A stretch of 60,798 nt of DNA, counting the filler, from Dirinaria sp. TL-2023a (taxonomy: Eukaryota), in the NCBI GenBank assembly GCA_051941275.1. It is 13 parts of 13 records of this genome, joined end to end, with 100 filler letters (N's around TTAATTAATTAA, not from the genome) between each part and the next. Parts side by side here need not be neighbours in the genome. Positions count along the whole stretch, not along the records: positions 1 to 4,618 come from JAVEBF010001814.1; positions 4,719 to 9,327 come from JAVEBF010001815.1; positions 9,428 to 14,034 come from JAVEBF010001816.1; 10 more parts are not named here. One strand, 5' to 3'. A program made the translations under genes and the position numbers. Position 1 is the first letter of the stretch. The number at the start of each line of letters is the position of its first letter. Positions 1-13,051 of this stretch are shown piece after piece. The notes beneath the pieces are model-generated. The model worked only from the letters and a program-made list of their open reading frames with translations. It ran no database searches and had not been told where the DNA came from.

Positions 1-2340
1 CCTTTTATTCTTTTCTTTTTCTGTTTTTGTTTGTTTGGGAGGAGGGGAGGGTGTAGGGGATGAGTTGGGGAGCACATTCCGAAATTATTAGGTAGGTAGT
101 AAGGTAGGTTTGGGGATGAATCCTACGCGCTGATGCGAGCAGCGAACGACGAATATGCGTTTAATCAATGTTTTTCTTCTAGCTGGCTAACTTCTCTTTC
201 TTTTCTTCGCTATGTTCTACCTCTTAAATCCCTATCAGAGGACTAGTACTCATTGACCGCGTCTTCAGTCGATGTCGTATTTGTTTATTTCACTTCTTAG
301 CTTCAACCGCCTCTCAGAATTGGCTATGTCTGTATTCCAACCCTTCGGCATTATGTGCCCTTGAGCGATGCTCTACACACAAATCCTGAGCCACAACTCA
401 AACGCTTTTCGGAATACCGGGAACCTATAACCTTTGCAGCCGCGTCTTTTTTTTTTGTTCTCGTTATCGGTAAGGTCGGTATGGTGAAGATAGGAATTTG
501 TGGAAGCCGACTTTTGCATTTCCCGGACTGTGCGGTCGCTTGTTAAGCTAATTGTTGCTATAGACAGATTTTCAATTAGTACTCGGCTTTTTTTTTTTTT
601 TTGGAAAATAGATATTGGACAACCTACTTAGCTTGATGGTGCGCTAGAACAATTGGGTTGTTGTCGTCAAAGATATTGTTCTTGCGTATATGGATGCGCG
701 GGTAGTGTCCTGCATCTGCAACTTCCCAATTTCTTCCATCGATTTCATTCTCGACTGGAACTCCCTACTCATATCATTAACCTCTTCCAAATCGTGCTGA
801 ATAAAAGAGCATTAACAAGTATCATGCCTAAACAAACTCTCCTACCAGTTTCGCCAGCTCCTCGTGGCCGTTCGGCTTGAGCCAGAAATAACAAAACCAC
901 GTCTCGCGATATAGCTTTTGTCTCCCTTGCCGACGTATTCTGCCAGAAGAAGCACCTTTACAGATTCGAAGATCTGCTCCCTATCCCGTTTCCCAGCGTT
1001 GTCGGCAGCTTTTCTGCGGCTTTTTGTATTCGTTCCGAGCTTTGTTCTTGGGTTGGCTATAAGTAAGCCGGCTTTATTTCTCGATGTAAGACAAATGTGA
1101 GCATGTTGGGCGTTTTCGTTCTTCGGTGTTGATTGTTGGCTACGGCGTTGCTCAGAAGTGACTTTTTTTTCTGCCTCGAATCGGAAAGGGAGAGGTGAGG
1201 GAATGGAGTGATAAGCTCGGGTGAACTTGATATGTATTCTGTTTGAGTGGCTTTTGTCGCGCCGCGATGGTTGAATCATGTTGCTAAGCGCAGACAGGAA
1301 TCTTGAAGAGAGAGAAAAGCTTTGGTTTCTCAACCAATTTCCGAGATCATCAACATGACGCCAACAAGCGCTATGGCGGAAGGAATCTGGAAGGAAGGAA
1401 GGAACCATCCATAACAAACCCAGTAGGGTGTGTCAGAACTTAATCCATAAATCAGACCGGTCTTGACAAGTCATACTACAATAAATGATTAGAATATGGG
1501 AATGTGGACTCGAAGTTTCACACATTGTAAGTTGAATCTAATTTAGAACAAAAGAAAGAAGATTCACAAAAGAGCAAACGAAATAAAAGATGAATTTTGC
1601 AAAAAAGAAGGTTTACAGATAGCAAAACATTCATATATACACAGTATGTCTTCTTTCTCTTCCGTACACTCGAATTATCTAAGAGCAGGACTACGGATAT
1701 ATGATCTGAAGCGAGAGAGCCAACAATCTGATCTCGTATCGTAAGCTCCGTCTCATGCTGCTGGCACTATGTTACACCAGAAGATTTAATGCCTCTCTTT
1801 AGTATGTCATCTCATTCATTATTCTTTTCTTGGTCCCAGGGTCTTTGAATCGCGCTAATTTGGGTCGAACATTAATGTAAGATTGTCGGAAGTGATAGTA
1901 CGGGTGCTGGAATTATCTAGCTCCTTGTGTGGTACTTGTCCTAATAACGATTTTAATAATTTGATTGTTGAAAGACATCGACGCCATTATTCGAAAATTC
2001 CAGATTTCGCCCCTGTCCGGGAAAATGGGTTCGGCTTAGAGTTCGTTACGTGCGCATTAGCGTAGCAAGGGTCTTTGAGTAACTGGTCCTGTTTCTTCAG
2101 AGGGTAAGGCACTGGATATGGTAGTGACCACTTGATGCAGTATTGTCTGCTTCAATGTCGCAATCAATGTCGCGTTGCGAAAGAACTCCTTTGCCCATCT
2201 ACCCCTTCCAGGTATTAATCGCATCGGGTATAGGAAGTTGCTGGAGCTAAGGCGTAGTGTATCGATGCAATTTCTGCTTGCTATGTGGCCGCTTCTGGCG
2301 CCGGGGAGGCTCAAACCAATATATAACTTTTGATGCAATT

Positions 2341-3540
2341 CTAGTCGGAGTCCAACGAGGTATCGGAATTATCAGAAGAGTCATAACTTAGAGGACAATC
2401 AGCACATTGGCTGTCCCCTCCAACTTCTACCCATTTCCATGGCTTCAAAAGAGACTGTAGGTCATTCCCGAGCAAGCCCCATCCAATGAATCGCGTTGTG
2501 TCCCACATACAGTAGCCCCAAGCATGCAAACGCATTACGGGCTCGCGGGAAATAGTATCATGTCTATGGAGACACAACGATCCTCTCGGTCCGCTGTTTT
2601 TGACGTACAGATCCCAACCTGCATTGGAAATATTCGCCAACGGTGCATCCGACCAATCTGTTCGCAATCCTGGCTGTTCTCGCGTGCGCCGAGCCCACAG
2701 AAAGGCGTCCGTGATGCGCCTTGGTCTCTGATGCTCGATATCTACTAACTCAAAAAAGCCGGCGTCTAGGGCCCATGGTGCTCTATCGTCTCTGTTGTAA
2801 CCTAAATTGCTGAGCAGTCGTTGGACAATCGGAAACTGCATGCAAAATGGTGCATTCGGGACACCTTGTCTCAGTGCGCTATACTGCTGTCTTACATGGT
2901 AGTAAGTGCTTTCTACCTCCTCAAGTTCCCAGTCAGTCAAATGCGTGTCGACATAGTGGTTAATAAAGGCCTTTCTGGAATCGGTAACTCTTTCATGCCT
3001 CAGTCTGTATTTGAAAAGGTCGCAAAGAAGCTGAAGCCGCCAAAATGCGCGATCAATGCGATGGGTTTCTGTTTCAGATGGACTGAGCTCGTGATGATCG
3101 ACGCAAGGACGCGTTCCAGGCTCTCGAAGGCGACACAGTATAAAAGTTCCTTGAAAACGATCAATGTCCTTGATTATCAAGACAATATCTCGAAGAGCAA
3201 ATATAGGGTCAACTATATGATCGATCAGTAGCGGGCTATCTTCGTCTTCTAAATGTGCGTCAAGATACTGATCGAAGTCTTCTATCTCCTGTAGGTTAGG
3301 ATGATTGCTGCGAACGCTGATGACAGTAGCAATCAGCTTCTGTATTTGCAATGACTTGCATTGGCGCAAAGTTCCCGTGATGATATTCTTGTAAGCGGCT
3401 CGATATAGGTTTCGTGCTGGAGGGAATGCATTGATGAAGCGGAGCAATGTGGTCAGGTCAGGCAGGTTCGACATTAAATGTAGGAGAAGTTCATGGGGAA
3501 GACGGTCCATTGGCGCAGCATTGTTCAAAGAAGGATGCAT
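2341..3540 (-). CDS. Single-exon hypothetical protein (399 aa) with N-terminal F-box-like motif
   Basis: Long ATG-initiated ORF. N-terminus MDRLPHELLLHLMSNLPDLTTLLRFINAFP fits the LPxE(I/L)LxxI..L F-box pattern. Central 'SETETHRIDRAFWRLQLLCDLF' and C-terminal 'WGYCMWD' resemble a common uncharacterised Pezizomycotina family. Confidence 0.7.
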   Translation of the reverse strand: MHPSLNNAAPMDRLPHELLLHLMSNLPDLTTLLRFINAFPPARNLYRAAYKNIITGTLRQCKSLQIQKLIATVISVRSNHPNLQEIEDFDQYLDAHLEDEDSPLLIDHIVDPIFALRDIVLIIKDIDRFQGTFILCRLREPGTRPCVDHHELSPSETETHRIDRAFWRLQLLCDLFKYRLRHERVTDSRKAFINHYVDTHLTDWELEEVESTYYHVRQQYSALRQGVPNAPFCMQFPIVQRLLSNLGYNRDDRAPWALDAGFFELVDIEHQRPRRITDAFLWARRTREQPGLRTDWSDAPLANISNAGWDLYVKNSGPRGSLCLHRHDTISREPVMRLHAWGYCMWDTTRFIGWGLLGNDLQSLLKPWKWVEVGGDSQCADCPLSYDSSDNSDTSLDSD

Positions 3541-4618
3541 ATTGGGAAAGACGTTGGATTGTTGTAAAGTGAGATATTATGTATGGATTTAGAATTATAT
3601 ATGGAATTAGAATGATGTCCGTGTGCAAGTGATGGATGATGCAGTGCTTGAATGTTTTTATACAGTGTGTGCAGATATGAGATTATCGATAAAAAATCCC
3701 CGAAGGGACTAGTTGCTCTTCTATAGCACTTTTATAGCGCTAGATGGTGGCGTGACTGAGTCACCGAAAATCCCGCACGTGATCAGGGCTAACGAACAAT
3801 AGTTGGCTGGTTTGGAACCGAGGGACTCGCTACTATCAGCCACCGGCAAGAACAGACAATAGCAAGACTAAAGCTACCTGCCATATCGACGCTTGCCAGC
3901 TCCAGGTCCCCGTACTCAAGGCTGCAACGGTGCTTAAAAAAGAGAACTTTATTCTTAAAAAGAAGACAGGAAAGAGATTGCATTCAAATCCAAGCTCCAA
4001 GCCAAAAGGGAAGAAAGATCCAATTATTTTACCTTTGATCGAGCAAGCAGGTACTTGGCTTCTCTTTTTCCTTTTTCTTTTTCTTTTTCTTTTTTTTTAA
4101 ATATACTAAGTATGCATAAATAACTCCACCTTTTCGACGCCCCTCGTCCCAGACCTATCAAGGTAGCTCCTTTAGGCAGGTATTCATATAAGAAGATCAA
4201 AATCACATGCCGCAAAAGGAAGGATAACATGTCGCAAACATCCGTTCAATCCCAGAAGACCCAGCATCGTTCTTGCCGCCACGGTTGAGAAAAAAAAAAA
4301 AAAAAAAAAACCATCACGGGATCTAAAAAATTTTCGGCGATAAATGCAGCGCTAAGCACCCAAGCTTACACCCAACAGAACCGTATTCCAGAAGCTTCCA
4401 AGATTTGAGATGAGTAAAAGAGTCAGAAGCAGCTGGCTGTTGGCGGGCATACTGTACGAGTATATACAGTAATCTAACAATCATCCGATGGTGGTGGATA
4501 TTAATAACAAAAGAAAGGGGGAAAGGGAGATAGTTTTCAGAAAATTAGGAGAGCGCCATAGGGGTAGGTAGTCTCTTCATTACGCTATGCTTGCAGAGAA
4601 AGAAAGAGAGAAAAAAAT

Positions 4619-4718
4619 NNNNNNNNNNNNNNNNNNNNNNNNNNNNNNNNNNNNNNNNNNNNTTAATTAATTAANNNNNNNNNNNNNNNNNNNNNNNNNN
4701 NNNNNNNNNNNNNNNNNN
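4619..4718. other. Artificial contig linker N44-TTAATTAATTAA-N44 (first of 12)
   Basis: Identical 100-bp spacer with stops in all six frames at 4619, 9328, 14035, 18739, 23442, 28145, 32845, 37535, 42199, 46860, 51514 and 56160. Confidence 0.99.
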
Positions 4719-4980
4719 GGCTAAGATTTGTGGGTGAGTGGATGAAGGTTCATAGCTATACAGCGGAGTTTAAGTCACGAACGGCTGAGTAGGGAGATAG
4801 GGTGCTTTAGGTAGGTAGATATTGACATCTCGTCATTTGTATTACTGATTACTATACCCTAAATACACCATACCATAGATACAAATCACTGGACCAATGG
4901 ATATATACTCACCACATCTAGCGTGCGTACGCTATAGACCAAAAAAACTAGAAGACCATTTACATCCCCAAAAGAAAGAT

Positions 4981-7900
4981 TTACATCAAAACACATTTGC
5001 CACCCTTCGGCTCTCGTCGTTCCTCCTGAACCCGTTGCCAGGCATCATCGCGGTACTCCAGATCGCCGCTCTGGATCTTCTTCGCGTGCCGGCGCCCGCC
5101 AAAGAAGCTCTTCCTTCGCGCGACTCCCGCATCTCCCGGGCGGGACGGGGTGCGTGTGTTGCTACGGTTGTTCTGCGGTGCCATCGCCTCTTCGCCAGCC
5201 GACGCGGGTTCACGGGAGCGTGAGCGCGTCCTCGAGTGGCTCAGGAACGAAGACACGCTGTGTATCGTATCGAGTCGGCGCGCTGACGGACGTAGAAGAG
5301 CAGGCGAAGAGGCAGCGAAGGAATCCCGTTGGTGGATCGACCGTCTGCGGCTTGGAGGTCTTGCACTTGGATTTCCAGCTGCTCCAAGCGCTCCTCGTGG
5401 AGGCGAAGGTCTTGTATGGCTAGGTTGGGGGACAGTCCCGGACGATGGAGGACGGATGCCCGGCATTGGCGGAGGACTGTGCACACGGCGGTTCAAATTA
5501 GCCAATTGCTGTGCGCTTGGCATAGTAGCTGCGATCATTTCTAGGTGCCGTTCCGAATCGGTCATTGTTTGCGACATATTTCCCGCATGTGAAGTACTAG
5601 GGCGGATGGGTGACTGGTTGCCTTCGGGTCGTGGTGGTAGCGGGTACTCCAGACGATGCTGAAGGTTGGCACCAGACAAGGTGAGATTCCGAAAGCCACT
5701 AACATTGGGGCTGTTGGGCAGCGAGATGGATTCGCCTGGCCTATTCGTGGGCACTGGTGGGTCTGCTATTGGCGATATGGGCGAAGACAAACGAGCGATG
5801 TTGAGCGGTTCGAGAGAGCTACTCGGCCGTCCCACGAAAGCTGACACTGGCCGACGCGTCGTGCTACTAGCTGATCCACGTCGACTTGTTCCACTGCTTT
5901 CACTGGGCGCTCGGTGATGGGATATCCCCATAGAGCTCACTGGACTAGCTGGCCTTGAAACTTCCAGCTCGGGATTGGATGGTCGCCTCTCACTGGAAGA
6001 GTCCCGGCGAGAGGAAACAGTAGACAACGGTCTCTGCCGAAAGGTAGTATTCTGCTGAATTCCAGGGCTTGATACGAATCTTCGCGTAGGAGCCTCAGTT
6101 GGCAAAAATGGCAATGGAGGTGAATTCAGCGTAGTAGCTCGGCGCGGTCGCTCAAACGCTGTATTAGCCCGCCTGATAGGTTCAGTACGTCGGGGCATGA
6201 GACTCAATCGCAAATGTTCGGGTAGAGGTGCATCGGCTTCCTTAGTATAAGGGGGTGGTGGAGGTACCCAATTATCTGCATCACTTTCATGAGGGAGCTC
6301 CCCGCGACCGTCCGCCCTTCTGTATACCACGCGGCCAGAATCTAGTATTCGAGAAGGGTTGCGTTGTCGGGTGGCTGCAACTGCTGTAGATGAGCGGTAT
6401 AATGAGGTGCGCGATCTAGGTGCCGTATGAGAGTACGGTCCATCAAATGCTGCTGATGCTTCTTCAAGCGTCAGTCCGTCAGGTGGCGAGTTGGTATCAT
6501 CGGAGGTTTGGTCAGGGCCCTCGGACGTAGGAGCCGCGCTGGAAGGCGCAGTTTGAGGGACAGCTGGTCCTCTGACATGCTGCGTAGGCAGCTCCGGGGC
6601 AGCTGCAAGTATGTCCGCAATATTTGACCCACGGGGAGATTCGCGCTGCTTTCGAACAGTCCTCTGTCGAACAATGTCAACTTCAGTATCCATGTCCACG
6701 TCACCTTCATCGAGAATCTCGGGTTTAACATTGCCCAGCTCAAAATTCAGTTGCTCGAGTGTTCCATCACATGAAGTACGGTCAAAATCGAGGATGACCA
6801 ATCTACCACCATCGACGGGCGAAAACTCATCTTGCTCAAGCTCGGACGGCCCTGATACCCCACCCGGTGCAGCGACGATGAGACGTTCTGAGAGGGATTT
6901 CTCCCCCAACCGTTCATGGCGGCGACTTACCCATCTTACACTTGTAACACCAGGGACTTCTGCAACCCGCCTTCCCTTCGCAAAGACGTTTCGATATTTA
7001 TCTACAAGGACTTGCCACTGCGGTAAATTGCTGAGCTCTTCACTCTCGCCGCTTGTCAAGGATGTTGCGGGATGCCGCGGGTTCGAACTTGAACCTGCAG
7101 ACGAATTTGAGCGGGATAGTACGATACCAGGTGAAGCCACGTTATCGACTTGAGGTACTGTGGAAATATCTAGGCTCTCCGGCACGCCATAGAGCCATAT
7201 GTCTTTACCGACAAAGCCAGATGCAACCAGTTCACCACGATCAGTCGCAGCAGGAAGAGTGCAAGGTACGAAGTTGTTCTTCGACCTTCTGGCTCCAGCA
7301 GGTTTGTGTGGCCTTGGTCCAGTAAAGTACGTAGTCCCATTCCGCATGTCGTCCGTTCGGACTGCGCGAAAGCTCTCAAATACTCTATCATAGGCAAAGG
7401 CCCAGTTCGAGTCCCCGTCCGTGGGATGCGGTAGTAGTGCTGCATGACTGCAGTCACGGCTACTGTTTGGAAAGATAATCTGTGAAGTCCACATATGGCC
7501 AAGTACCTCATTGTCTGGCAACTCAGAACTTCCCTCGGTAAAGTAAGGCGCCGTGAGTATGACCGTATTCGGATTCTTAGAGTTTTGCGTCGTCCCAAGC
7601 AACATCGTGCCATCGCTTGAAAACCCGAGAGAATCTATCAGATCGCATTTCACAGATCTCCTTTCGGTTGATAGCGCAGTTGCACCTATTGAATGTACCT
7701 CGACACCTCCATCATAAGCTGCAGCGAGAACTTCTCCCTTAGGCGATAACGCTAGTGTGTGTGGCCTGTTGTCAAGCGAGACGGCACGCAGATGTTTCAG
7801 TTCCAGGTTAGAAAGATCATAGACGTTCACTTGGTGATGGCTGGAAAGGACCGCCAATATGGATCCGTCATCGAGGATAGTTGCAGATAACGGCCTCCGC

Positions 7901-8616
7901 CTAACCTTCAATTCCCTTTGCACAGAGATTTTGGGTGACAGAGTATCAATGACATATATCCTGGAAGATGATAACGCCAATGTCCAATGACCGTTTGACG
8001 AGAATGCAAAGTCAAAAGCTTCGCCACAGGGAAAGGAAGCAGAGGAGCTGGTGGTGGCAGACACCAGATTCACTGCAGTCCGCTTCGGACGCAGGTAGGT
8101 TTCAAATAGATTTCGCTTGATCTCCTGATTGAACAGTCTCTTCAGTCGGGGTAAGCTATTGTCTGTGAAGGGTCCCACGACCACATTGTTGTTGATGGAG
8201 AACGAAGGGCAGCGTGACAAATGGTGTGCGTAGAGATGGGGCGTCTGAGATGCTTTACGCCAACACGAGCTCACCAGAACCAGCGATGCGAATGATGCTG
8301 GGTCTGTGAGATAGAGGATCCTGTTGCAGGCACCGTATTAGCAATCGGAGGTGCCCATGATGCTCAACGTGGTAGTCGGCCACGCAATCAGCGAGAAGAA
8401 CTCGGGGAGCACTTACTGTTCAAGGATTTCTGGCGGTAGCATCGCGGCCTTGTTCAGTGGATTCTTTGAGCTCTGTGACACCTCTGCTTTACCGCTGTCG
8501 TCTCGCGTTTGGCCCTCCGGTACTTGGGGAAGTTCGGCTTCATCTGTGCTGGATCCACCGGCGATATTCGGATCTGGCCAACTACCAGGCGGACTTGTCG
8601 GCATGTCGTCGTCCAT
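4981..8616 (-). CDS. F-box + WD40/beta-propeller-like protein with low-complexity tail and C-terminal CaaX (about 1179 aa; exons 8616-8417, 8320-4981)
   Basis: GTAAGT donor at 8416, GCTAAT branch point and CAG acceptor at 8321 join 'AAMLPPEILEQ' to 'ILYLTDPASFASLVLVSSCWRK', giving an F-box. Propeller-like repeats (FAFSSNGHWTLA, LALSPKGEVLAA, LGFSSDGTMLLG). Ends KGGKCVLM. Confidence 0.85.
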
Positions 8617-9499
8617 CTCTTCTAGAAATGGCGGCGATCAAGCCATGGAGCTGTAAGCAATTGATGACCCAGGCAAATTGCCGGTCCGAACTGGGGGCGA
8701 GACAAGTCTGAATCTGAAGCTCATCTGATGCACGCCAAGACTAAGACGGGGCTGTGGCCACTAATTCGCCTCATACGGTCTCATACCTGCAAGCCAAAGG
8801 TACCTTGAGGTAGTATTATTGTAGTGCCCTGGAGGGAAGTCAATCCTTCGTCTCATGCGACCAGAACATTGCAGCTCTTTCGACTGCGACCATCCAATGG
8901 CGCGAAGATTTTGAGACAAGAATCGAACAGACTAACATCCTACGATGTCGTCAGATCACCCAGACATGGCTCGGTTTATCATTGCCCCGCCCCGGACACA
9001 CCATTACACCAAGTACAATAGGAGGGTAGGTATGTACAGATTCCATGTACGAGTACCCTACTTAACACCACACTCCTTTCTCGGCGTAGCATTATTGAAG
9101 GCGTCCTGAGGACTAAGGTCACTTGACTGCTGCTCAAAATTGATATACCCGGGCTTGATGCCTCCAACTGTTAAAAACAATTATTCCCACTAATGCCCCA
9201 AGCTCCTGACAAATGCGCTGTGAGTGGAAGCTGTAGGTACCTTTTCCCCATCCAGACAGATGCATTTGCAGCCCAATGCCACAGACATACCTTACCCTAC
9301 TATGCTGCCACCGAACCTTTCCTAGGANNNNNNNNNNNNNNNNNNNNNNNNNNNNNNNNNNNNNNNNNNNNTTAATTAATTAANNNNNNNNNNNNNNNNN
9401 NNNNNNNNNNNNNNNNNNNNNNNNNNNGGTGTGGCAGCAAAGTAGGGTGGTGTGGCGGTAGTGGTTACCTATATCAAACCTCTATCTTGAATCAAAAGC

Positions 9500-11023
9500 A
9501 GAAACTATCCCGATAAAGGGCTATCAAGAGGTGAACTCCATCTGTACGTAGATTGTCCAGGCGACTGACGGAAGAACAGTTCAAAAAAAAATAGGATATT
9601 CTTTTTCAGGAGACTCGACACTAACATGCTAATATTACCACCAAAATATGTAAACCACATGCGAATGCTGCCATCGAATGCTGCAAGCGCGACTGTCGCT
9701 CATGCCCAGAATCTCATGGGCACTCACACGAACATGAATATCATCCTTCGGAAAAATTTCCATTTTCGAACCCTTTAGATCAATTTGATACCACATTTGA
9801 GTAGTTTGGCAAATTCGATGAAGGATGAGCTGAATTATGCTATTCTGAAAGAGCCTCCCACAAGTAAAGGCTAGCATTTTTTGTTTCAGCTATCTACATA
9901 GTCACTGACCTGTTGACCAACATTCGAAGTCGATTGGGTCATCATCAAGCCTTATCATTCTATACTCAGACTTGTTGCAAGGATCAGTGCCAAAGTCTTC
10001 CTTAGCCTTCCCCTCCGCCGTAATGAGCAGTGGCTCGAAATCTCTACGGAGTTTGGTGAAATGGTGAATCCAATTCCCCCCATATGCAAGTGTAATACTA
10101 AGAATATCTTGATCTAGTCTTCGTCTGGTTAGTGATACTGGAACTATTTCCTGCATGTACCCACCACGCCCTCAGCTGGCTACTTCCCACAACATGGAAA
10201 GGAGATCTTCATATCAGGAAAGCCAAGAAGCTGCTGGTACCCGAGATCATTCGTCGACGTAAAGTCACTCTGGCTTAGTCTCCCTGTGACAACAAGAACC
10301 TCCTGTCTTGGATGATGGAGATCGCAAACGACGAGATGGGCGACCCTGAAGCAATCGCTCATCCGAAAGTAATCATGTCTCTGACTTCAATACATACGTC
10401 ATGGATGAACGCAGTCCACTGTCTATACGATCTGGTTACCCGCCCAGAGTATATCGATCCTATTAGAGACGAAATCGCTAGAGTAATTCGGGGAGGTGAG
10501 GGATGGGAGCAATGGCAGAAATCTTCCTTCACCAAATAACGGATCCTGGACTCTTTGATGAGAAAGTCTCAAAGGTGGAATTCGCCTACTCTGTCTTCAA
10601 TGGACAGAGTAATCATACAAAAGCAGCAGCTGCCCGATGGGATGGTGCTACGCCGGGGAGATCACATCTGTATAGCTGTCAATGCTATTCAGAATGATGC
10701 CGATGTGACTCCTCAGCCAGAAGTCGTCGACAGACTCCGGTACTATAAACTTCGCCAGAAAGAGAAAGAGAGCCACTTGCATCAATTCTCGACCACACAG
10801 AAAAACGATTTCAACTTGGGACCCGGTGCAAATGCCTGCCCTGGTCAATTCTTTGCAAGCTTGCAAACCAAGATAATACTGGTGAGATTGATGATGGATT
10901 ATGATTCGAAGTTCACTGATGACCGTGATAGATCTGCGAACATTTATTGTCACGAGTTTGTCATTTTCAGACCCGGACGCAGAAATTCTTGTCCGCAAGC
11001 GTCAGAGTTCGATTATAAAGTAG
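9500..11023 (+). pseudogene. Cytochrome P450 pseudogene, ent-kaurene-oxidase-like
   Basis: Manual translation gives P450 segments ILPPKYVNHMR, DELNYAILKE, LRLVARISAKVFL..RNEQWLEIS, NLLSWMME, SIHTS and CPGQFFA. In-frame stops: TAG 9776, TAG 10276, TAA 10537. ExxR decayed to KSQR. Frameshift near 10965 before DPDAEILVRKR. 5' boundary approximate. Confidence 0.9.
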
Positions 11024-11483
11024 CCCCGGAGTCCGTGATTACTTAGAACACTAGAAGGGAGCGTGTGGTTTGAGGCGGCGTATTGAAATATACTTGAACG
11101 CCGTGCGTTAGCCACAGAACCAGTATTCTTGTTGATCAATCAACATAATTGATGGAAAGGTGGCAGAACTACCGAAGATTTGAACACGTTAATCGAGTTC
11201 ACAACAATGCAACGCCACTTTCAGCTGCCTTTCAAGCAATGGCACTTCGCATTTTCAGGCCTGATTGTGTAATGCTTGTGCGAAGCAGATAAAAACCTAT
11301 GCTTTGGTCAACTAAGGTACCTTAGGGACAAATATGTCTCGACGCTGGACCTTTCAAAGATCTTAAGACACGTCATTGAAGGCTCGACATCTTCTATTAA
11401 GATCTCAATACGCTACAATCTACATTTTACATCGAAAAACAGAAATAGTTTAGTCATCGATTGCAATTCTAAAGCTTTAAGAG

Positions 11484-13051
11484 ATGGTGGAAAACATGAG
11501 TATTACAGGATTTCTCGCTACTCTAGCCCTGCTCTGGCTTGTTGTGAGTTCCAAGGCGATCCTGAATGCTCATAGTTGCCGATGATGGAGTATAGTACAC
11601 CGTCAGCCGTGCTGTCTACAATCTCCTCCTTCACCCTTTGGCGAGATATAAAGGCCCATCTCTATGGAGTGCTTTCAGATTCCCCTTTGTACGATCACTA
11701 GTTGAGGGTAGCTTGCCTCATCGCGTGAAAAGTATGCATGAACAATACGGTGATATTGTACGCGTCGCCCCGAACGAGCTGTCTTTCACCGATCCAGCTG
11801 CCTGGAAGGATAGATATCTTTGCGAACAACTTCGTGAGGCCATATGAGTACAAGGACAAACCACCAGGAAAGGACGCCGAGAATTTGATCTCTGCTGATG
11901 AGTTGACCCATCAACGGTTTCGGAAGGTGCTCGCCCCCGCGTTCGCAGGAAGACCTGAGCATGAAGCAGTCATCAAAGGCTACGTCGATCTCCTCATCCG
12001 TAAGCTGGATTCGACGATCGAGCATAGTGGGCCAGAGGCAACTTCTTTGGTTGATGTGCTAAAATGGTTTAATTACACGACTTTCGACATCATTGGTGAT
12101 ATCTTGTGGGGATCTTCGTTCGGGTGTCTGGATGAGGTCCGCTACCATCCTTGGATCCAAGTCATTGCGCAATTCAAAACCGCCTTGATCGTAGGGGCTA
12201 CTAAGTTTTATCATCCTTTGGACACGATACTCATGCTGGCGACGCCGAAATCAGCAATGGCTGATTTGATGCAGATATGGACGACGACAGAAAGGAAGAT
12301 TACGCAACGCCTGAAATCAGGCAGTGAGCGGCAAGACATGATCTCCTATATGGCCGAATCTCACGGTTCGTCGCCAATGTTACACGGTTCAAACGACAAG
12401 ATGTCACTGCCAGAAGTTGAGATTAACGCGATGCTCATTGTTGTTGCTGGGAGCGAATCTGTAACCACAGTGCTAACCGGCGTCACCAACTACCTATTAC
12501 AGGACCAGATCCGGCTTGATTCCCTTGTCCGGGAAATAAGGTCAACTTTCCGCAACGAGGAAGATATCAACCGCGCGGCCGTCGGCCGACTTCCGTATCT
12601 GAACGCTGCACTCTCCGAGGGTCTACGCTTGTGTCCTACCATCCCAGACGGAATGAGGAGGCAGGTACCGAAGGGCGGCGCAGTGGTAGCAGGTCACTTT
12701 CTTCCCGAAGATACCGTGGTGTCCATACCTCGGTGGTCAACATATCAATCGGCTGGGAATTTCGCTCGCCCCCAAACTTTCGCGCCCGAGCGTTGGCTTG
12801 AAAACGATGTCGATGCTGTGTATCGCAACGACAGGAAAGAGGCGCTCCAGCCCTTCTCGCTCGGGGCCCATAACTGCCCAGGGAGAGGGATTGCCTACCT
12901 GGAGATGCGACTAATACTGGCGAGGCTGCTGTGGAACTTCGATCTGGAGCGTGTCCCAGGAATGGATCCACCTCGATGGGGGAAGCAGAACATCTACTGG
13001 TTCTGGGAGAAGCGGGCAACATATGCCAGGATCAGGCGGGCACAGCGGTGA
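11484..13051 (+). pseudogene. Cytochrome P450 (CYP65/Tri11-like) with one 4-bp frameshift; exons 11484-11543, 11596-13051
   Basis: TM anchor, GTGAGT..TAG intron, then HPLARYKGP..GDIVRVAPNELSFTDPAAWKD, which shifts frame at GATAGATA (11809-11816). Downstream AGSES, EGLR, PERW and FSLGAHNCPG are intact. Confidence 0.8.

Noticed and set aside
9635..10362. Minus-strand ORFs of 80, 84 and 60 aa
   Set aside because: Antisense shadows of the plus-strand P450 pseudogene.
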